The notes beneath the pieces were generated by a model. The model was not told the DNA's origin, did no database searches, and saw nothing but the letters and a program-made list of their open reading frames with translations. Positions 1-9,199 of a DNA stretch of 64,000 nucleotides are shown here, piece after piece. The position numbers and the translations under genes are program-made. The stretch's first letter is position 1; every line of letters starts with the position of its first letter. The stretch is from sequence record NC_048747.1. One strand, given 5' to 3'.

Positions 1-201
1 CCAGTAACCCAACAACTCACCAACGCCTAAGTAGAAAGGTGATTGGCGAAGAGTGTTAGCGGGTACAGCACCTAGGTCGTTGTGATAAGTTAGGTCCGCG
101 TTAATTACAGTAAGACAGTTTTTACCAGTGCGCTGGTTGTGAACCATCTCACCTTCATTAAGTACACGTTGACCCAGTTCTTTGAAGTTTGTATAAATCA
201 C
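1..201 (-). CDS. thyA: Thymidylate synthase, 5' part only (runs off window start); not in ORF track
   Basis: Manual translation from GTG at 201: MIYTNFKELGQRVLNEGEMVHNQRTGKNCLTVINADLTY...GELLGYW. RTGKxCLTVINADL and ELLGY match the ThyA N-terminus of the Vibrio/Haemophilus type as I recall it. Confidence 0.8.
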   Translation of the reverse strand, partial: MIYTNFKELGQRVLNEGEMVHNQRTGKNCLTVINADLTYHNDLGAVPANTLRQSPFYLGVGELLGYW

Positions 202-204
202 TCT

Positions 205-1026
205 TTATCCCTTAAACCGTATCTTACGGTCATTGTTACGTTTACCCCACAACCCCATGTATTGCGTGTCTACATGTTCAACCGGTCGGATTAACCCAGT
301 TCGGTTGTATTGTTCGGTGTAGGTGTTGACTAATGAATTTACGTTCTTACGTAAGAGGAGTCGATCAAACGTACGCCAGTCTTCGGCAAACAGTTCTAAT
401 CCACTACTAGGATAGCTATCCCAGTTATAACCTTCCGTACGACCAAATTTTTCTAACAAGTGGTTGTAGATTTCATTGGTCATTTGACGTTGAGTTAGTT
501 CCTCCTTACAACGGAACAAGAAACAACGCATTACGTATAAAGGGAAGTTTGGCTTACCTCGATCAGCTAAAGCCACTAAAGTGCTAAGCTCCGTAGTAGG
601 ACCACCCTTATAACTACTACGATGTTCCAAACAACACAATCCTACTTGTGCTATTTGTTCTTCACTTAATTCTTTCCCACCAAACGAAGTCAATAGTTCT
701 TCTGCTAAAATGGCGGACTCCACATGATGTGAAGCTCGATCCCAACGGCAGCCTAAATCGTGCATCAGACATCCGTAGTAGATGATTAGCATTTCTTTAG
801 TGCCGTAGTATCCCTTCTTTATTCCTAGCTCCACCCCGAGCTTTACAACAGCTAACACGTGTTCTAGATTGTGTGCAGCGTCGTTCTTATTAATACTTGA
901 TGTGCAAAACCCAACAATAGGTTTATTAACAGTAATTCCAGCTTGTTCAGCTAACCATAAAAACCTGGCTTGATATTTGTCGATGCGTTCTTTCATAGTT
1001 GCTTCCTTAAGAAAACTAAGTCTCAT
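205..1026 (-). CDS. HD-domain metal-dependent phosphohydrolase
   Basis: H(NLEH)...LMHDLG...HH...H...LAD pattern of the HD superfamily. Confidence 0.8.
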   Translation of the reverse strand: MRLSFLKEATMKERIDKYQARFLWLAEQAGITVNKPIVGFCTSSINKNDAAHNLEHVLAVVKLGVELGIKKGYYGTKEMLIIYYGCLMHDLGCRWDRASHHVESAILAEELLTSFGGKELSEEQIAQVGLCCLEHRSSYKGGPTTELSTLVALADRGKPNFPLYVMRCFLFRCKEELTQRQMTNEIYNHLLEKFGRTEGYNWDSYPSSGLELFAEDWRTFDRLLLRKNVNSLVNTYTEQYNRTGLIRPVEHVDTQYMGLWGKRNNDRKIRFKG

Positions 1027-1034
1027 AACACTTT

Positions 1035-1059
1035 GATAATATAGATTTAATAATTTTTA
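1035..1059 (-). promoter_or_regulatory. Putative phage early-type promoter (AT-rich + CTATAT core)
   Basis: Minus strand TAAAAATTATTAAATCTATATTATC, 9 nt upstream of the HD gene start and just downstream of a terminator; motif recurs in the window. Confidence 0.55.
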
Positions 1060-1061
1060 GT

Positions 1062-1105
1062 AAAAAAATAAAGTGTAAAGAACAGAGAGGTGGATGACCC
1101 ACCTC
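1062..1105 (-). terminator. Hairpin + T-tract terminator
   Basis: GAGGTGG/CCACCTC stem at 1087-1105, then TTATTTTTTT on the minus strand. Confidence 0.55.
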
Positions 1106-1128
1106 CCTACATCAGCCTTTGTTTATAA

Positions 1129-1605
1129 TTATTTATCTAGCACAACCGCACGACATTCTTTTCTGAATGAGAAAAGTTCATTAGCCGCCATCCTGTTGTC
1201 GTTGGGGAAAGAAGTAATCTCCTTACCGTCCTTATCAGTAAACCATATGGTTTCGTATTGTGCGAAGAAATGAGCGAAGTCACCGTAGTTCCATTCACCT
1301 GGAGTGAAGCCCATGTTCTGGGCTAAGTCGTAGTACGAATCATACCCATACAACTTACCCAGATCTTTCTCTTCATATATACGTCCATCCAGTATTAATT
1401 TAAATTTCCCTTCACCCTGGATAGGGTCACAAAAGAAACTCAATTCCAACGAGCGATTAACTTGATAATTGAACTGGTAGGTGAAAGCGTCCTTACCTGG
1501 ATTGTACTCCCATTTTTGTGTGGAGGTTTGATCCAGTACAACGTAGTCCGCTGACACAGTCATGCTGATGCACATTAACAGTAAACAAGAGTATAGCTTT
1601 TTCAT
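1129..1605 (-). CDS. Hypothetical exported protein
   Basis: MKK + hydrophobic stretch + VSA-D, typical signal peptide. Confidence 0.6.
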   Translation of the reverse strand: MKKLYSCLLLMCISMTVSADYVVLDQTSTQKWEYNPGKDAFTYQFNYQVNRSLELSFFCDPIQGEGKFKLILDGRIYEEKDLGKLYGYDSYYDLAQNMGFTPGEWNYGDFAHFFAQYETIWFTDKDGKEITSFPNDNRMAANELFSFRKECRAVVLDK

Positions 1606-1643
1606 TATTGATTCCTTTTTAATACACTAAACACCAGCGCTTA

Positions 1644-2162
1644 TTAAATAGCTAGACGAAGTGAACTCGCAAGATGTTCTTTTGCTGATTCACTGATCGA
1701 ATAATCTTCATAACAAGTATGACTGATGACGGGTTTCTGGTGAGTCAACACCAACATCAAGTTAAAGAAATGATCACTGACTGAAGAACGTTCCTCTTCA
1801 TTAAGTGAACTAAGGTGCTTAACTAAGTTCAAAGAGTCGCGTTCGAAGTTGTGAGTCAGGAACACCATTCTGTTCAACGAATCATAAGCCGGTTCAACAG
1901 AACTGCCCGGTTCACAACTTTCTTGCACGTCTAGTTGATACTCAGTTTTTAGATTATGATCATAAATACAGAAACTAGTTACACCACGCTTACGAGTGGC
2001 AGTAACACGGAAACGACTTTCTTCTTTATTGTCGAGCAGTTTCATAACGCACCATCCTGCTGAAACTACTAAGATCATAATAAGGTAAAGTGATTGGTAA
2101 TGCTCAGGACCAAATACGAACCCGGCACTTAATAAAACGATAAACATAATTACAAAGATCAT
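1644..2162 (-). CDS. Hypothetical membrane protein (2 N-terminal TM segments)
   Basis: Two hydrophobic segments in the first 42 aa; ATGA-coupled to the upstream gene. Confidence 0.6.
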   Translation of the reverse strand: MIFVIMFIVLLSAGFVFGPEHYQSLYLIMILVVSAGWCVMKLLDNKEESRFRVTATRKRGVTSFCIYDHNLKTEYQLDVQESCEPGSSVEPAYDSLNRMVFLTHNFERDSLNLVKHLSSLNEEERSSVSDHFFNLMLVLTHQKPVISHTCYEDYSISESAKEHLASSLRLAI

Positions 2163-2644
2163 AATGTCCTTCCTAAAGCCTTTATACGTCGAGCTGCACG
2201 ATAACCAACCTTGAAGTTGCTTTTGTCAGTTATACACATTCTCGACTGCTGACGATGGATTAGTGCAAATAGATCGTGAGTTATCAATAAACGTTCTTCT
2301 AGAGGTTCCACACCTTTATGTAAGGTGAGTCTCTTTCGAAGTTGTTTCATGATATCTGTGTAGAATTGTTTACCGGAATCGTAACCCAAGTGTATAGTGG
2401 ATGGGTCACGTTCGGTGTCTAAATTCAAATCTAGTACATTTTCTAATCCGTTAGAAATTAAAACCAGAGTAAAGCTCTTGCTTGAATCCGAACACTCTAG
2501 GTTGAGTGTCAGTCTTCCTGCGGCTTCTTCTCTTCCCAAGGTGACGTAATAGAAATCACCGACTCCGTTGTATTGAGTTCCAAGGGCGTGTATTAACGCC
2601 CCTATCAACACTACAACGAGTAAACCCATCCACGCTAAAGTCAT
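2159..2644 (-). CDS. Hypothetical membrane-anchored protein (start revised to MTLAW)
   Basis: ATG overlaps the TGA of the upstream gene (ATGA); N-terminal TM helix. Confidence 0.6.
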   Translation of the reverse strand: MTLAWMGLLVVVLIGALIHALGTQYNGVGDFYYVTLGREEAAGRLTLNLECSDSSKSFTLVLISNGLENVLDLNLDTERDPSTIHLGYDSGKQFYTDIMKQLRKRLTLHKGVEPLEERLLITHDLFALIHRQQSRMCITDKSNFKVGYRAARRIKALGRTL

Positions 2645-3303
2645 GCTGCTTGTTGTAACCACTTGTAGCTGACTTTACGAGGCTCGTCTTCTCCTGATCT
2701 TAGATTATAACTCAATGCATTGATCTTAGAGAACTCCTTAGTAGCGTTAGCAATAGAGTCATACATTTCAGGAGAATAGACTTGTGTTGCCATTTGAAGT
2801 TCTTTGTAATCGAACCCAAATAGCAGATCACGTAATAAACCCATATCAAACTTGACACGGTCTTCAGACATGGTTAGTTGTTGTTGCAAGCACATGTCGA
2901 TGATTTGCTCACCCAATAAGTTAATGTCCAAGTAATGAGAGTCAGTGTTCACACCTCGGAATGTGTAGACACGTTTCCCGAAGTATTGTTGCATGTGAGG
3001 TTTAGCGTAAGCCGGACGTTGACGTCCTTCACGGAAACCAAAGATTTCCATTTCTTCCCCATCGATGCTTTTAACAAACTCTTCTACTTGTTCTCTTTTA
3101 GTTGGATAGAAGTGTGCTTCAAACCCCAGCTTAGGATTGACTTGGTTGGTAACTTCCACAAGGATGATACCGCGCTCACTACGGATGTTAAAAGTGAAAG
3201 CCTTATTAGGGTCGCGACGCAACCCATTGAAATATGTGTAGAGTGCAATAACGCTTAACGTGAAGATGATAGCCACGGCTGCGTGAAGTGATGTGAATTC
3301 CAT
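2641..3303 (-). CDS. Hypothetical membrane-anchored protein
   Basis: N-terminal TM helix followed by a soluble domain. Confidence 0.6.
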   Translation of the reverse strand: MEFTSLHAAVAIIFTLSVIALYTYFNGLRRDPNKAFTFNIRSERGIILVEVTNQVNPKLGFEAHFYPTKREQVEEFVKSIDGEEMEIFGFREGRQRPAYAKPHMQQYFGKRVYTFRGVNTDSHYLDINLLGEQIIDMCLQQQLTMSEDRVKFDMGLLRDLLFGFDYKELQMATQVYSPEMYDSIANATKEFSKINALSYNLRSGEDEPRKVSYKWLQQAA

Positions 3304-3331
3304 AATTATCTCTCTTTTATTATCGGTGGTA

Positions 3332-3805
3332 TTACATGCTGTCCAAGAAGTGTGCGTATTGTTTACGTACCGTCTCGAATTGATCTTTAGTTTGTTCGTT
3401 GAAGCGAGGGTCCACAGTATCGGTCATGATCATACGGATGATCTCAAGATCTTTGTAAAGGATGTGTTCTTTACCTTCACGTTCGATTTGGTTGTACTGT
3501 AAAGCTTCTAGAGCGCGCATGTGAGTCTCGTAAGGCTCACGTGGGTTTGTACCTAATGAAAGTACGTATGATTTGTTGTCGTTGTCATATACTAACTCAG
3601 TAGGGCGAGTACGGTCACGTACCACCATAAGAGTTAGTTCGTGGTCGTTTGTTTCAGTATTGTAAACTGCTACTGTAAAACGATCACCAGTATCGAACCA
3701 ACGCATAAATAGTGATTCAACACCGTCTACGTTGTATTGACGGTAAACTACAATGCAAAGTACTAGAGCAAGAAGAGTGATTGGTAGAATAACTAATAGG
3801 TTCAT
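3332..3805 (-). CDS. Hypothetical membrane-anchored protein
   Basis: N-terminal TM helix LLVILPITLLALVLCIVVY. Confidence 0.6.
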   Translation of the reverse strand: MNLLVILPITLLALVLCIVVYRQYNVDGVESLFMRWFDTGDRFTVAVYNTETNDHELTLMVVRDRTRPTELVYDNDNKSYVLSLGTNPREPYETHMRALEALQYNQIEREGKEHILYKDLEIIRMIMTDTVDPRFNEQTKDQFETVRKQYAHFLDSM

Positions 3806-3809
3806 GGAC

Positions 3810-3917
3810 TTAATCCTTATTGAAAAGTTTGTTGAAATTATTTAAAGCTCGCCACCAAGTTCGAATAAACTTAATGAAGTAGTAGGCGACGAATAGAAAG
3901 AAAAATAGTTTAATCAT
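3810..3917 (-). CDS. Small membrane protein, 35 aa; not in ORF track
   Basis: MIKLFFFLFVAYYFIKFIRTWWRALNNFNKLFNKD*; GAGG RBS upstream; fills the gap between terminator and next gene. Confidence 0.55.
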   Translation of the reverse strand: MIKLFFFLFVAYYFIKFIRTWWRALNNFNKLFNKD

Positions 3918-3935
3918 GATAACCTCACTTGCTCT

Positions 3936-3963
3936 AAAAAGATAGGAGGGAGTTCCTCCTATC
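3936..3963 (-). terminator. Intrinsic terminator
   Basis: GATAGGAGG/CCTCCTATC 9-bp stem followed by TTTTT on the minus strand. Confidence 0.6.
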
Positions 3964-3978
3964 GAATTACTTTAGCGT

Positions 3979-4422
3979 TTAACAAGCAAGTTGCTTGGCA
4001 TGCAAGTGACGTAGTTGTAATGTCATGAAGTTTGAGAGCATGTACTTACGGAGCTTACGCATGCTTGAAGCATGGCGGAACATGAAGTCTTCGTCCTCAA
4101 GGTTATCTGTCATGATTTTGTAAAGGAACTCACCAGCCGGACCACTCTCTCGAATGTCTTTAACGGTGAGCGATCGACGAAGATACTCAGTATCCGATAG
4201 TGAACGGGTGATTACTAATGTGTCACCGTCATATTGGAATTCTTCGTCATGCTGACTCAGCTTTAAGATAATGTGATGATCACCCTGTTTGGTTTTGAAA
4301 GTGAATGATACACGATTACCTAAAATGCTTGAACCGTACTCGTTTGGGTCGATACGGTTATGGTATGAATAAACAACCCATGCTACAAAAAGTAGCGCGA
4401 TTACTGCGATAGTGATGTACAT
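3979..4422 (-). CDS. Hypothetical membrane-anchored protein
   Basis: N-terminal TM helix; AAGGA RBS. Confidence 0.6.
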   Translation of the reverse strand: MYITIAVIALLFVAWVVYSYHNRIDPNEYGSSILGNRVSFTFKTKQGDHHIILKLSQHDEEFQYDGDTLVITRSLSDTEYLRRSLTVKDIRESGPAGEFLYKIMTDNLEDEDFMFRHASSMRKLRKYMLSNFMTLQLRHLHAKQLAC

Positions 4423-4480
4423 AAATATTTCCTTAGTAAAGGTTAATTGATAATGAATAACTCATTGCTATTCACTTAGA

Positions 4481-4499
4481 CTATATAGATTTGAAAAAG
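4481..4499 (-). promoter_or_regulatory. Putative early-type promoter (CTATAT core)
   Basis: Minus strand CTTTTTCAAATCTATATAG, between a terminator and the 4422 start. Confidence 0.45.
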
Positions 4500-4508
4500 A
4501 CTGTATGT

Positions 4509-4562
4509 AAAAAAAATAATGAATGCAAATAGGACCCCTACTCCCGTGAAGGAGTAGAGGTC
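4509..4562 (-). terminator. CTACTCC-family hairpin terminator
   Basis: GACCCCTACTCC-cgtgaa-GGAGTAGAGGTC (1 mismatch); TTATTTTTTTT about 13 nt downstream on the minus strand. Confidence 0.6.
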
Positions 4563-4568
4563 AGATGC

Positions 4569-5015
4569 TTAGCTAAACAACTTACGTGCTAAAGATTCAT
4601 TTGACTCTCGTTGAGCCGCCAACCAGTCTGAAGCTTCTTCCGTGTGTTGGAAGTCAGTCATGGTTGTACTACCGCCATAAAGTGTGTCGTCACCAACTTC
4701 CATGCGGAGGTTATGTTGAGTGTTGAACGTTAGGCCCGGAAGGTTTAATGTACCTTCGGTCATGAAGTGTTCTTCATTCTCTTTATGCAGTTCGCGTGTG
4801 ATTTCGGCGTTAGTTACTTCCACCGCACCACTTAGCTGGTTAAAGTAGTTAACGTGGTTTTGAATCGTGTCGCTAGTTACGCCCTCTGGCATCTCTAGTT
4901 TATCAGCATCAAAAACTACCACATTGGTCGCTTTATTGTATTCGTGATTTTTCTTTAGATTTTCAATAAGCGATTTTTGAAGATCAGAGTAGTTTGGTTG
5001 AGTTTCTTTAGACAT
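4569..5015 (-). CDS. Hypothetical protein
   Basis: 148-aa ORF with GAGG RBS, own promoter motif and terminator. Confidence 0.65.
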   Translation of the reverse strand: MSKETQPNYSDLQKSLIENLKKNHEYNKATNVVVFDADKLEMPEGVTSDTIQNHVNYFNQLSGAVEVTNAEITRELHKENEEHFMTEGTLNLPGLTFNTQHNLRMEVGDDTLYGGSTTMTDFQHTEEASDWLAAQRESNESLARKLFS

Positions 5016-5093
5016 GAGTAACCTCGATTACGATTAATGATAATAAAAGGGAATCAGTTAATGACCTATCCCTTGACGCTGTGGTCTTTCTTC

Positions 5094-5123
5094 ACCTAAG
5101 TTATATAGGTTTAAAAATATTTA
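5094..5123 (-). promoter_or_regulatory. Putative early-type promoter; 30-bp element repeated at 29290-29319
   Basis: ACCTAAGTTATATAGGTTTAAAAATATTTA, 29/30 identical to 29290-29319. Confidence 0.6.
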
Positions 5124-5127
5124 GCAA

Positions 5128-5793
5128 TTACTGTAAAGTGGTAGGTTGAGCCACACGCACAGTAATAATGTCTTTAACCATCTCGAACGCATCTAGGTAA
5201 TCTTTACCAGCTACAGTGTTTAGAGCTTCATTCCAGAACAAGTCACGTTGTTCATGCAGTTGTTCAATGAGTTCAGGTTCTAATGCACCCACCACCATTA
5301 CATCAGCATATTCAGCGTCTGCTAGGCCGTGTTTACGAATACCATATTGGAATGTTAGTTTAGCAATCTCTTCTTTGGTCTCGTTCATCTCTAGGATGGA
5401 TTCAACCATAGTTTGATCGTAACCTACTACCGTAGACATAATGGTTGCAAACGCTCGCTCAAAGGTAAGGTTGTTAACTGCCGCCAGACGAGAGATAGTA
5501 GAAGTAAAGCGATCATGTTTCTCAACAATCATGTCGTCACTGTAACCGTTCAACACTTTACCTTTGGCATCGAAAGCCAACTTTAATACTGCCGCTGAGA
5601 ATGACTTCAAAGATTCTGTCTTCAAGTTACTGAATGCCACGCCTTCGATAAGGTGAGAACCTGTAGACTTATCACGGTAGTTGTCCCAAACAACACGACT
5701 GCCTTCTTGCAAGCCCTTGATGATCATGACTTCACCACGCACTGATGCCATAGTAGAAATGATAGCCAATTTTTGTGTGTACGATACGTGCAT
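5128..5793 (-). CDS. Hypothetical protein (adjacent to head-maturation genes)
   Basis: 221-aa ORF; position next to the protease gene. Confidence 0.55.
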   Translation of the reverse strand: MHVSYTQKLAIISTMASVRGEVMIIKGLQEGSRVVWDNYRDKSTGSHLIEGVAFSNLKTESLKSFSAAVLKLAFDAKGKVLNGYSDDMIVEKHDRFTSTISRLAAVNNLTFERAFATIMSTVVGYDQTMVESILEMNETKEEIAKLTFQYGIRKHGLADAEYADVMVVGALEPELIEQLHEQRDLFWNEALNTVAGKDYLDAFEMVKDIITVRVAQPTTLQ

Positions 5794-5901
5794 TTACGTG
5801 TTCCTTTTTGAATTAGAGTAGTTACCAATATATTAACCACCCAAGTAAAAATTTATTGAAAGCAAAGAAGAGGACGGGAAACCCCGCCCACTTAATAAAG
5901 T

Positions 5902-6798
5902 TTAGAACAGGGACATCGGGTTAACCGACTTAACGAGTTCACGCTTACCACCCACAATGTGATGGTTTTTCTTAAGCGTAGTTAACATGTCATTAAGTTG
6001 GTTAAATGATTCCATGCCTTCACGAGTGACGATTTTGTTCTTATCACCCAGAGCCGCTTCCATCATTTCGATAGACTCCGCCGCTGATATGGTAAGACCA
6101 CGGTTTTCATCACGATGATTTAAGTCTTGCATTAAGGATTCTAAACCACCCACTTGGGAACCCCCAGTGCGATACTTAGTCGCTTCTGCAAAACCAGGTT
6201 CAGGCACCCAGTCTAAACCAGTCCAGTATTCAACTTCACGAACCACCGAACCAAATTGTTGAGGGGCAGTCACTGTACGAATACTAACGGCTGTCCCCAT
6301 TTTTGGTGTGTCCAGGTTCTCTTTGAACAAGTGACCAAAAGGACCATGTGGCATAACTTCGATATCAAACGTCACGGGACCGTTCATAGTGCGTGGGTCG
6401 AACTTACTGAAGTCTGGATCGATGTTACCAATGCTCGCACACATGCGATCCATATCGATAGTTTTAAGTCGGTTGATCCACGTCATCAAATCAGTAATTT
6501 GAGTGCGAACGACTTTACCATCAATCTTCTCATAGAACCACTGCACAGGGTGGTTCATTTCCATGTAAGCTTCACCACGTTCAATACGGCGACGAAGATC
6601 ACTACCGCTACCTACCGTATCACCTTGTTCTAAGCAAGACAGTAAGTATTGGTTCATTCGGTACGTAATACCTAAACGGTTTGGGATGTTAAAACCACCA
6701 CCCGCAATTCGGTAATAACCGTCTGCGTTGGGTGTTAATACCCCTTTGTTTTCGGCCATCGCTAATTCGATGTTACCGTAAGTTAGTGTGTTACTCAT
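5902..6798 (-). CDS. Prohead maturation protease, phiKZ gp175-like (start revised to MSNTL)
   Basis: EMNHP (His), AVSIRT (Ser) and DWVPEPG motifs of phiKZ-type head proteases; synteny upstream of vRNAP genes; ATG overlaps the upstream stop. Confidence 0.75.
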   Translation of the reverse strand: MSNTLTYGNIELAMAENKGVLTPNADGYYRIAGGGFNIPNRLGITYRMNQYLLSCLEQGDTVGSGSDLRRRIERGEAYMEMNHPVQWFYEKIDGKVVRTQITDLMTWINRLKTIDMDRMCASIGNIDPDFSKFDPRTMNGPVTFDIEVMPHGPFGHLFKENLDTPKMGTAVSIRTVTAPQQFGSVVREVEYWTGLDWVPEPGFAEATKYRTGGSQVGGLESLMQDLNHRDENRGLTISAAESIEMMEAALGDKNKIVTREGMESFNQLNDMLTTLKKNHHIVGGKRELVKSVNPMSLF

Positions 6799-7525
6799 CA
6801 GCAAAACCACCTTTGATAATTAATTCTTCTGCTGTCACTTTAGTATCTTTTTCCAATACTGCCATGATTAAGTTGTCTTGATCGTAACCACCTATCAAAC
6901 GGTTGTAAGTGCCGTCAATCAGCAAGCTGCCGTTGTTGAGACCAACGGTAAGCGGAGGACGCCCTTCAACAATAGCCTTAGAGTAACGGTAAGCTTGATT
7001 AGGGTCATCCGGGTCTCGTTCATTTAAAGAGGTCAAGACACGGAATACCGATGGGGAGCTACCCACTACTCGTCCGGTGATTGTTTTAGCTCGGTCGAAC
7101 ATACTTCGAACCTTACTAGGGTCGGTGTACCACGGGAGTTTACTCAACCAAGAGAATTCACGATAGAAGAAGAAGTTTAAGTTTGCATCTTGGATACTGC
7201 TTAAACTCTTGAAGACCAAATCCCCTTCTTCAAATTCCATGGTTAAGTAACGTTGCCCACCTACATTTTCTTCACCCATGTTGCTCGGCATTAGTGTGAA
7301 CTTGCTCTGCACAAAAGTGCTGAAGTACTGATCTGTCTTAGGGTCGACGAATCCGATAGCACCAATGGTTTCTACAACGTCAGTGACTGTAGCTAAACTG
7401 GACTCCACGAAACGTTGAGGGATGTACCCGACTAAGTGTCGGGTAGCAACAACGGAACCGTCCTCGAGGACTTTAAGGGCCTTACGGTTTAATAGCTGGT
7501 TACGGGTAAGTTTATTGGGTTCCAT
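6791..7525 (-). CDS. rpoC: Virion RNA polymerase beta' C-terminal subunit (phiKZ gp176-like)
   Basis: C-terminal GLNNGSLLIDGTYNRLIGGYDQDNLIMAV parallels bacterial beta' GITKASL..SFISAASFQET; lies next to the protease as in phiKZ/SPN3US. Confidence 0.65.
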   Translation of the reverse strand: MEPNKLTRNQLLNRKALKVLEDGSVVATRHLVGYIPQRFVESSLATVTDVVETIGAIGFVDPKTDQYFSTFVQSKFTLMPSNMGEENVGGQRYLTMEFEEGDLVFKSLSSIQDANLNFFFYREFSWLSKLPWYTDPSKVRSMFDRAKTITGRVVGSSPSVFRVLTSLNERDPDDPNQAYRYSKAIVEGRPPLTVGLNNGSLLIDGTYNRLIGGYDQDNLIMAVLEKDTKVTAEELIIKGGFADE

Positions 7526-7541
7526 TTATCCCGTCCTTTTA

Positions 7542-9035
7542 TTAAAGGTAACGACCTAGACACAGACGAACAATACACTCAGTCACTGCTTCAGCAAGCT
7601 TAGTGCGTTGTTGTTCCAGAGACATGTCTGTACTCACAACAGAACGTTCTAGGATGTCTGCTGCCAGAGCCATACCCAATTTACGAGCCACGGCGATAGC
7701 CAGTTGAGGACGTGCTAGGAACTCATCCACAGGAACGTTTTGGTTAACAACACGTTCTTTGTATTGAGCGACCCAAGTGTCAGCAACATCTTTCACCGAA
7801 TCATACAGACGACGGTAAGGTAGATTACCACCTGTATCTTCAAGACGCTCGCTGAGTTCACCGTGTTTCTTCTGGAAGTTCACCACTGCGTTCTCAACCA
7901 CTTGCTTAACGCGGGCTTCGGACTCAGAGATGATCTTAGATTTCACCATAGCGATGTATTCACGATAGATCGTTACGTAACCTTGAATGTCAGCTAAAGG
8001 AAGAGGAAGAGAACCTGCACCACCTTTATCGTAACAAGCTTTAGCGTAACCCACCAACACTTCAGACAACGTAGTGTCCGTTGATTCGAGTTCAGCGATT
8101 GCAGCGTCTGTCAAACCCACAGTCAAGTCACCAGAGATAGTACCGTACTCGTAAGGACGATCACCCATATCTACTTTCAACACAGGGAGCTTAAGTTTCG
8201 CTAACTCACGGTTGTTGTCACGAAGACGTTGTAAAGCGTAAGTCGTTACTGACAGAATTTGGTGGATGTAACCACGGTACTGGTCTAGTGTCATACGGTT
8301 GACACCTTCCAATACGTTTTCTTCTACGTCAAGACGAGAAGCAATGATGTGCGCTTGTGCTAAGTTGCTTGCATTCTTTCGAACACTACCAAGTTCAAAG
8401 ACACCTTCGTTGACATCAAACAACAAACCCCAGTTACCACGAACGAAACACTCGTTGTAAATTTCAGTAGCACGTTCTAGCTCTACTTGAGCGTGTAAGT
8501 CTTCACTTGCCGTTTGTAGTAACTTAGCAACACCTTCTTCGTTTAGCTCTGGGAAACGGTCTGCCCATTGGTTCAGAGCCTTAGCTTCGAAGTTTTCGTA
8601 ATCGAAAATAGGGTCCGGTGTTTTAGTTGGGAAGAAGTTAGAATCAAAGAACGGATGATCTAGTTCAACGTAACGGATGTACAGGTTGTTGTGCACAGCA
8701 GTAATTGCACTAGTTGGTGTATAGATGCGATGAACACCTTCACGAATCTCCGCATCCATAGGACGCAAGTAAGTACGGATTTGTGTGAACGCACGATTAA
8801 CACCTTCAGCGATCATGTCGACTGATTGGTTTTGTAGTGGTGTGTGGTCGCTTGTAGTGCCAGTGCCAGCCGGTACTTCTTTGGCTAGGTTATCTGGCGT
8901 CAACGGAGTACCACCAGTACTTACTTCCACTAGAGCGTGGATAAAGTCAGCGGTGTTCTCTAAAAGAGACTGACCTTTTTCTTGACGAGCTAAAGCAATC
9001 GGAGCTGCTACCAAGACTGAGTTAGTGCTAATCAT
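7542..9035 (-). CDS. Putative virion structural protein (phiKZ gp177-like by synteny)
   Basis: 497-aa ORF between the beta'C and beta genes. Confidence 0.5.
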   Translation of the reverse strand: MISTNSVLVAAPIALARQEKGQSLLENTADFIHALVEVSTGGTPLTPDNLAKEVPAGTGTTSDHTPLQNQSVDMIAEGVNRAFTQIRTYLRPMDAEIREGVHRIYTPTSAITAVHNNLYIRYVELDHPFFDSNFFPTKTPDPIFDYENFEAKALNQWADRFPELNEEGVAKLLQTASEDLHAQVELERATEIYNECFVRGNWGLLFDVNEGVFELGSVRKNASNLAQAHIIASRLDVEENVLEGVNRMTLDQYRGYIHQILSVTTYALQRLRDNNRELAKLKLPVLKVDMGDRPYEYGTISGDLTVGLTDAAIAELESTDTTLSEVLVGYAKACYDKGGAGSLPLPLADIQGYVTIYREYIAMVKSKIISESEARVKQVVENAVVNFQKKHGELSERLEDTGGNLPYRRLYDSVKDVADTWVAQYKERVVNQNVPVDEFLARPQLAIAVARKLGMALAADILERSVVSTDMSLEQQRTKLAEAVTECIVRLCLGRYL

Positions 9036-9037
9036 GA

Positions 9038-9199
9038 TTACGCTTCCTCTTTGATCGCTTTAGAAACAATTTCAACAACCTTGGAATCTTCCACAGGAGG
9101 GAGAACTTCCAAACCAATTTTAGTTAACACACCACGTGCTACTTCTTGGATGTTTGCGATGACCAAAACATCCTCAACGTATTGTTCAGGGTTATTCAT
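9038..9199 (-). CDS. Small protein, 53 aa; not in ORF track
   Basis: MNNPEQYVEDVLVIANIQEVARGVLTKIGLEVLPPVEDSKVVEIVSKAIKEEA*; ATG overlaps the endolysin stop (ATGAATAA), and its stop lies 2 nt before the next ATG. Confidence 0.65.
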   Translation of the reverse strand: MNNPEQYVEDVLVIANIQEVARGVLTKIGLEVLPPVEDSKVVEIVSKAIKEEA

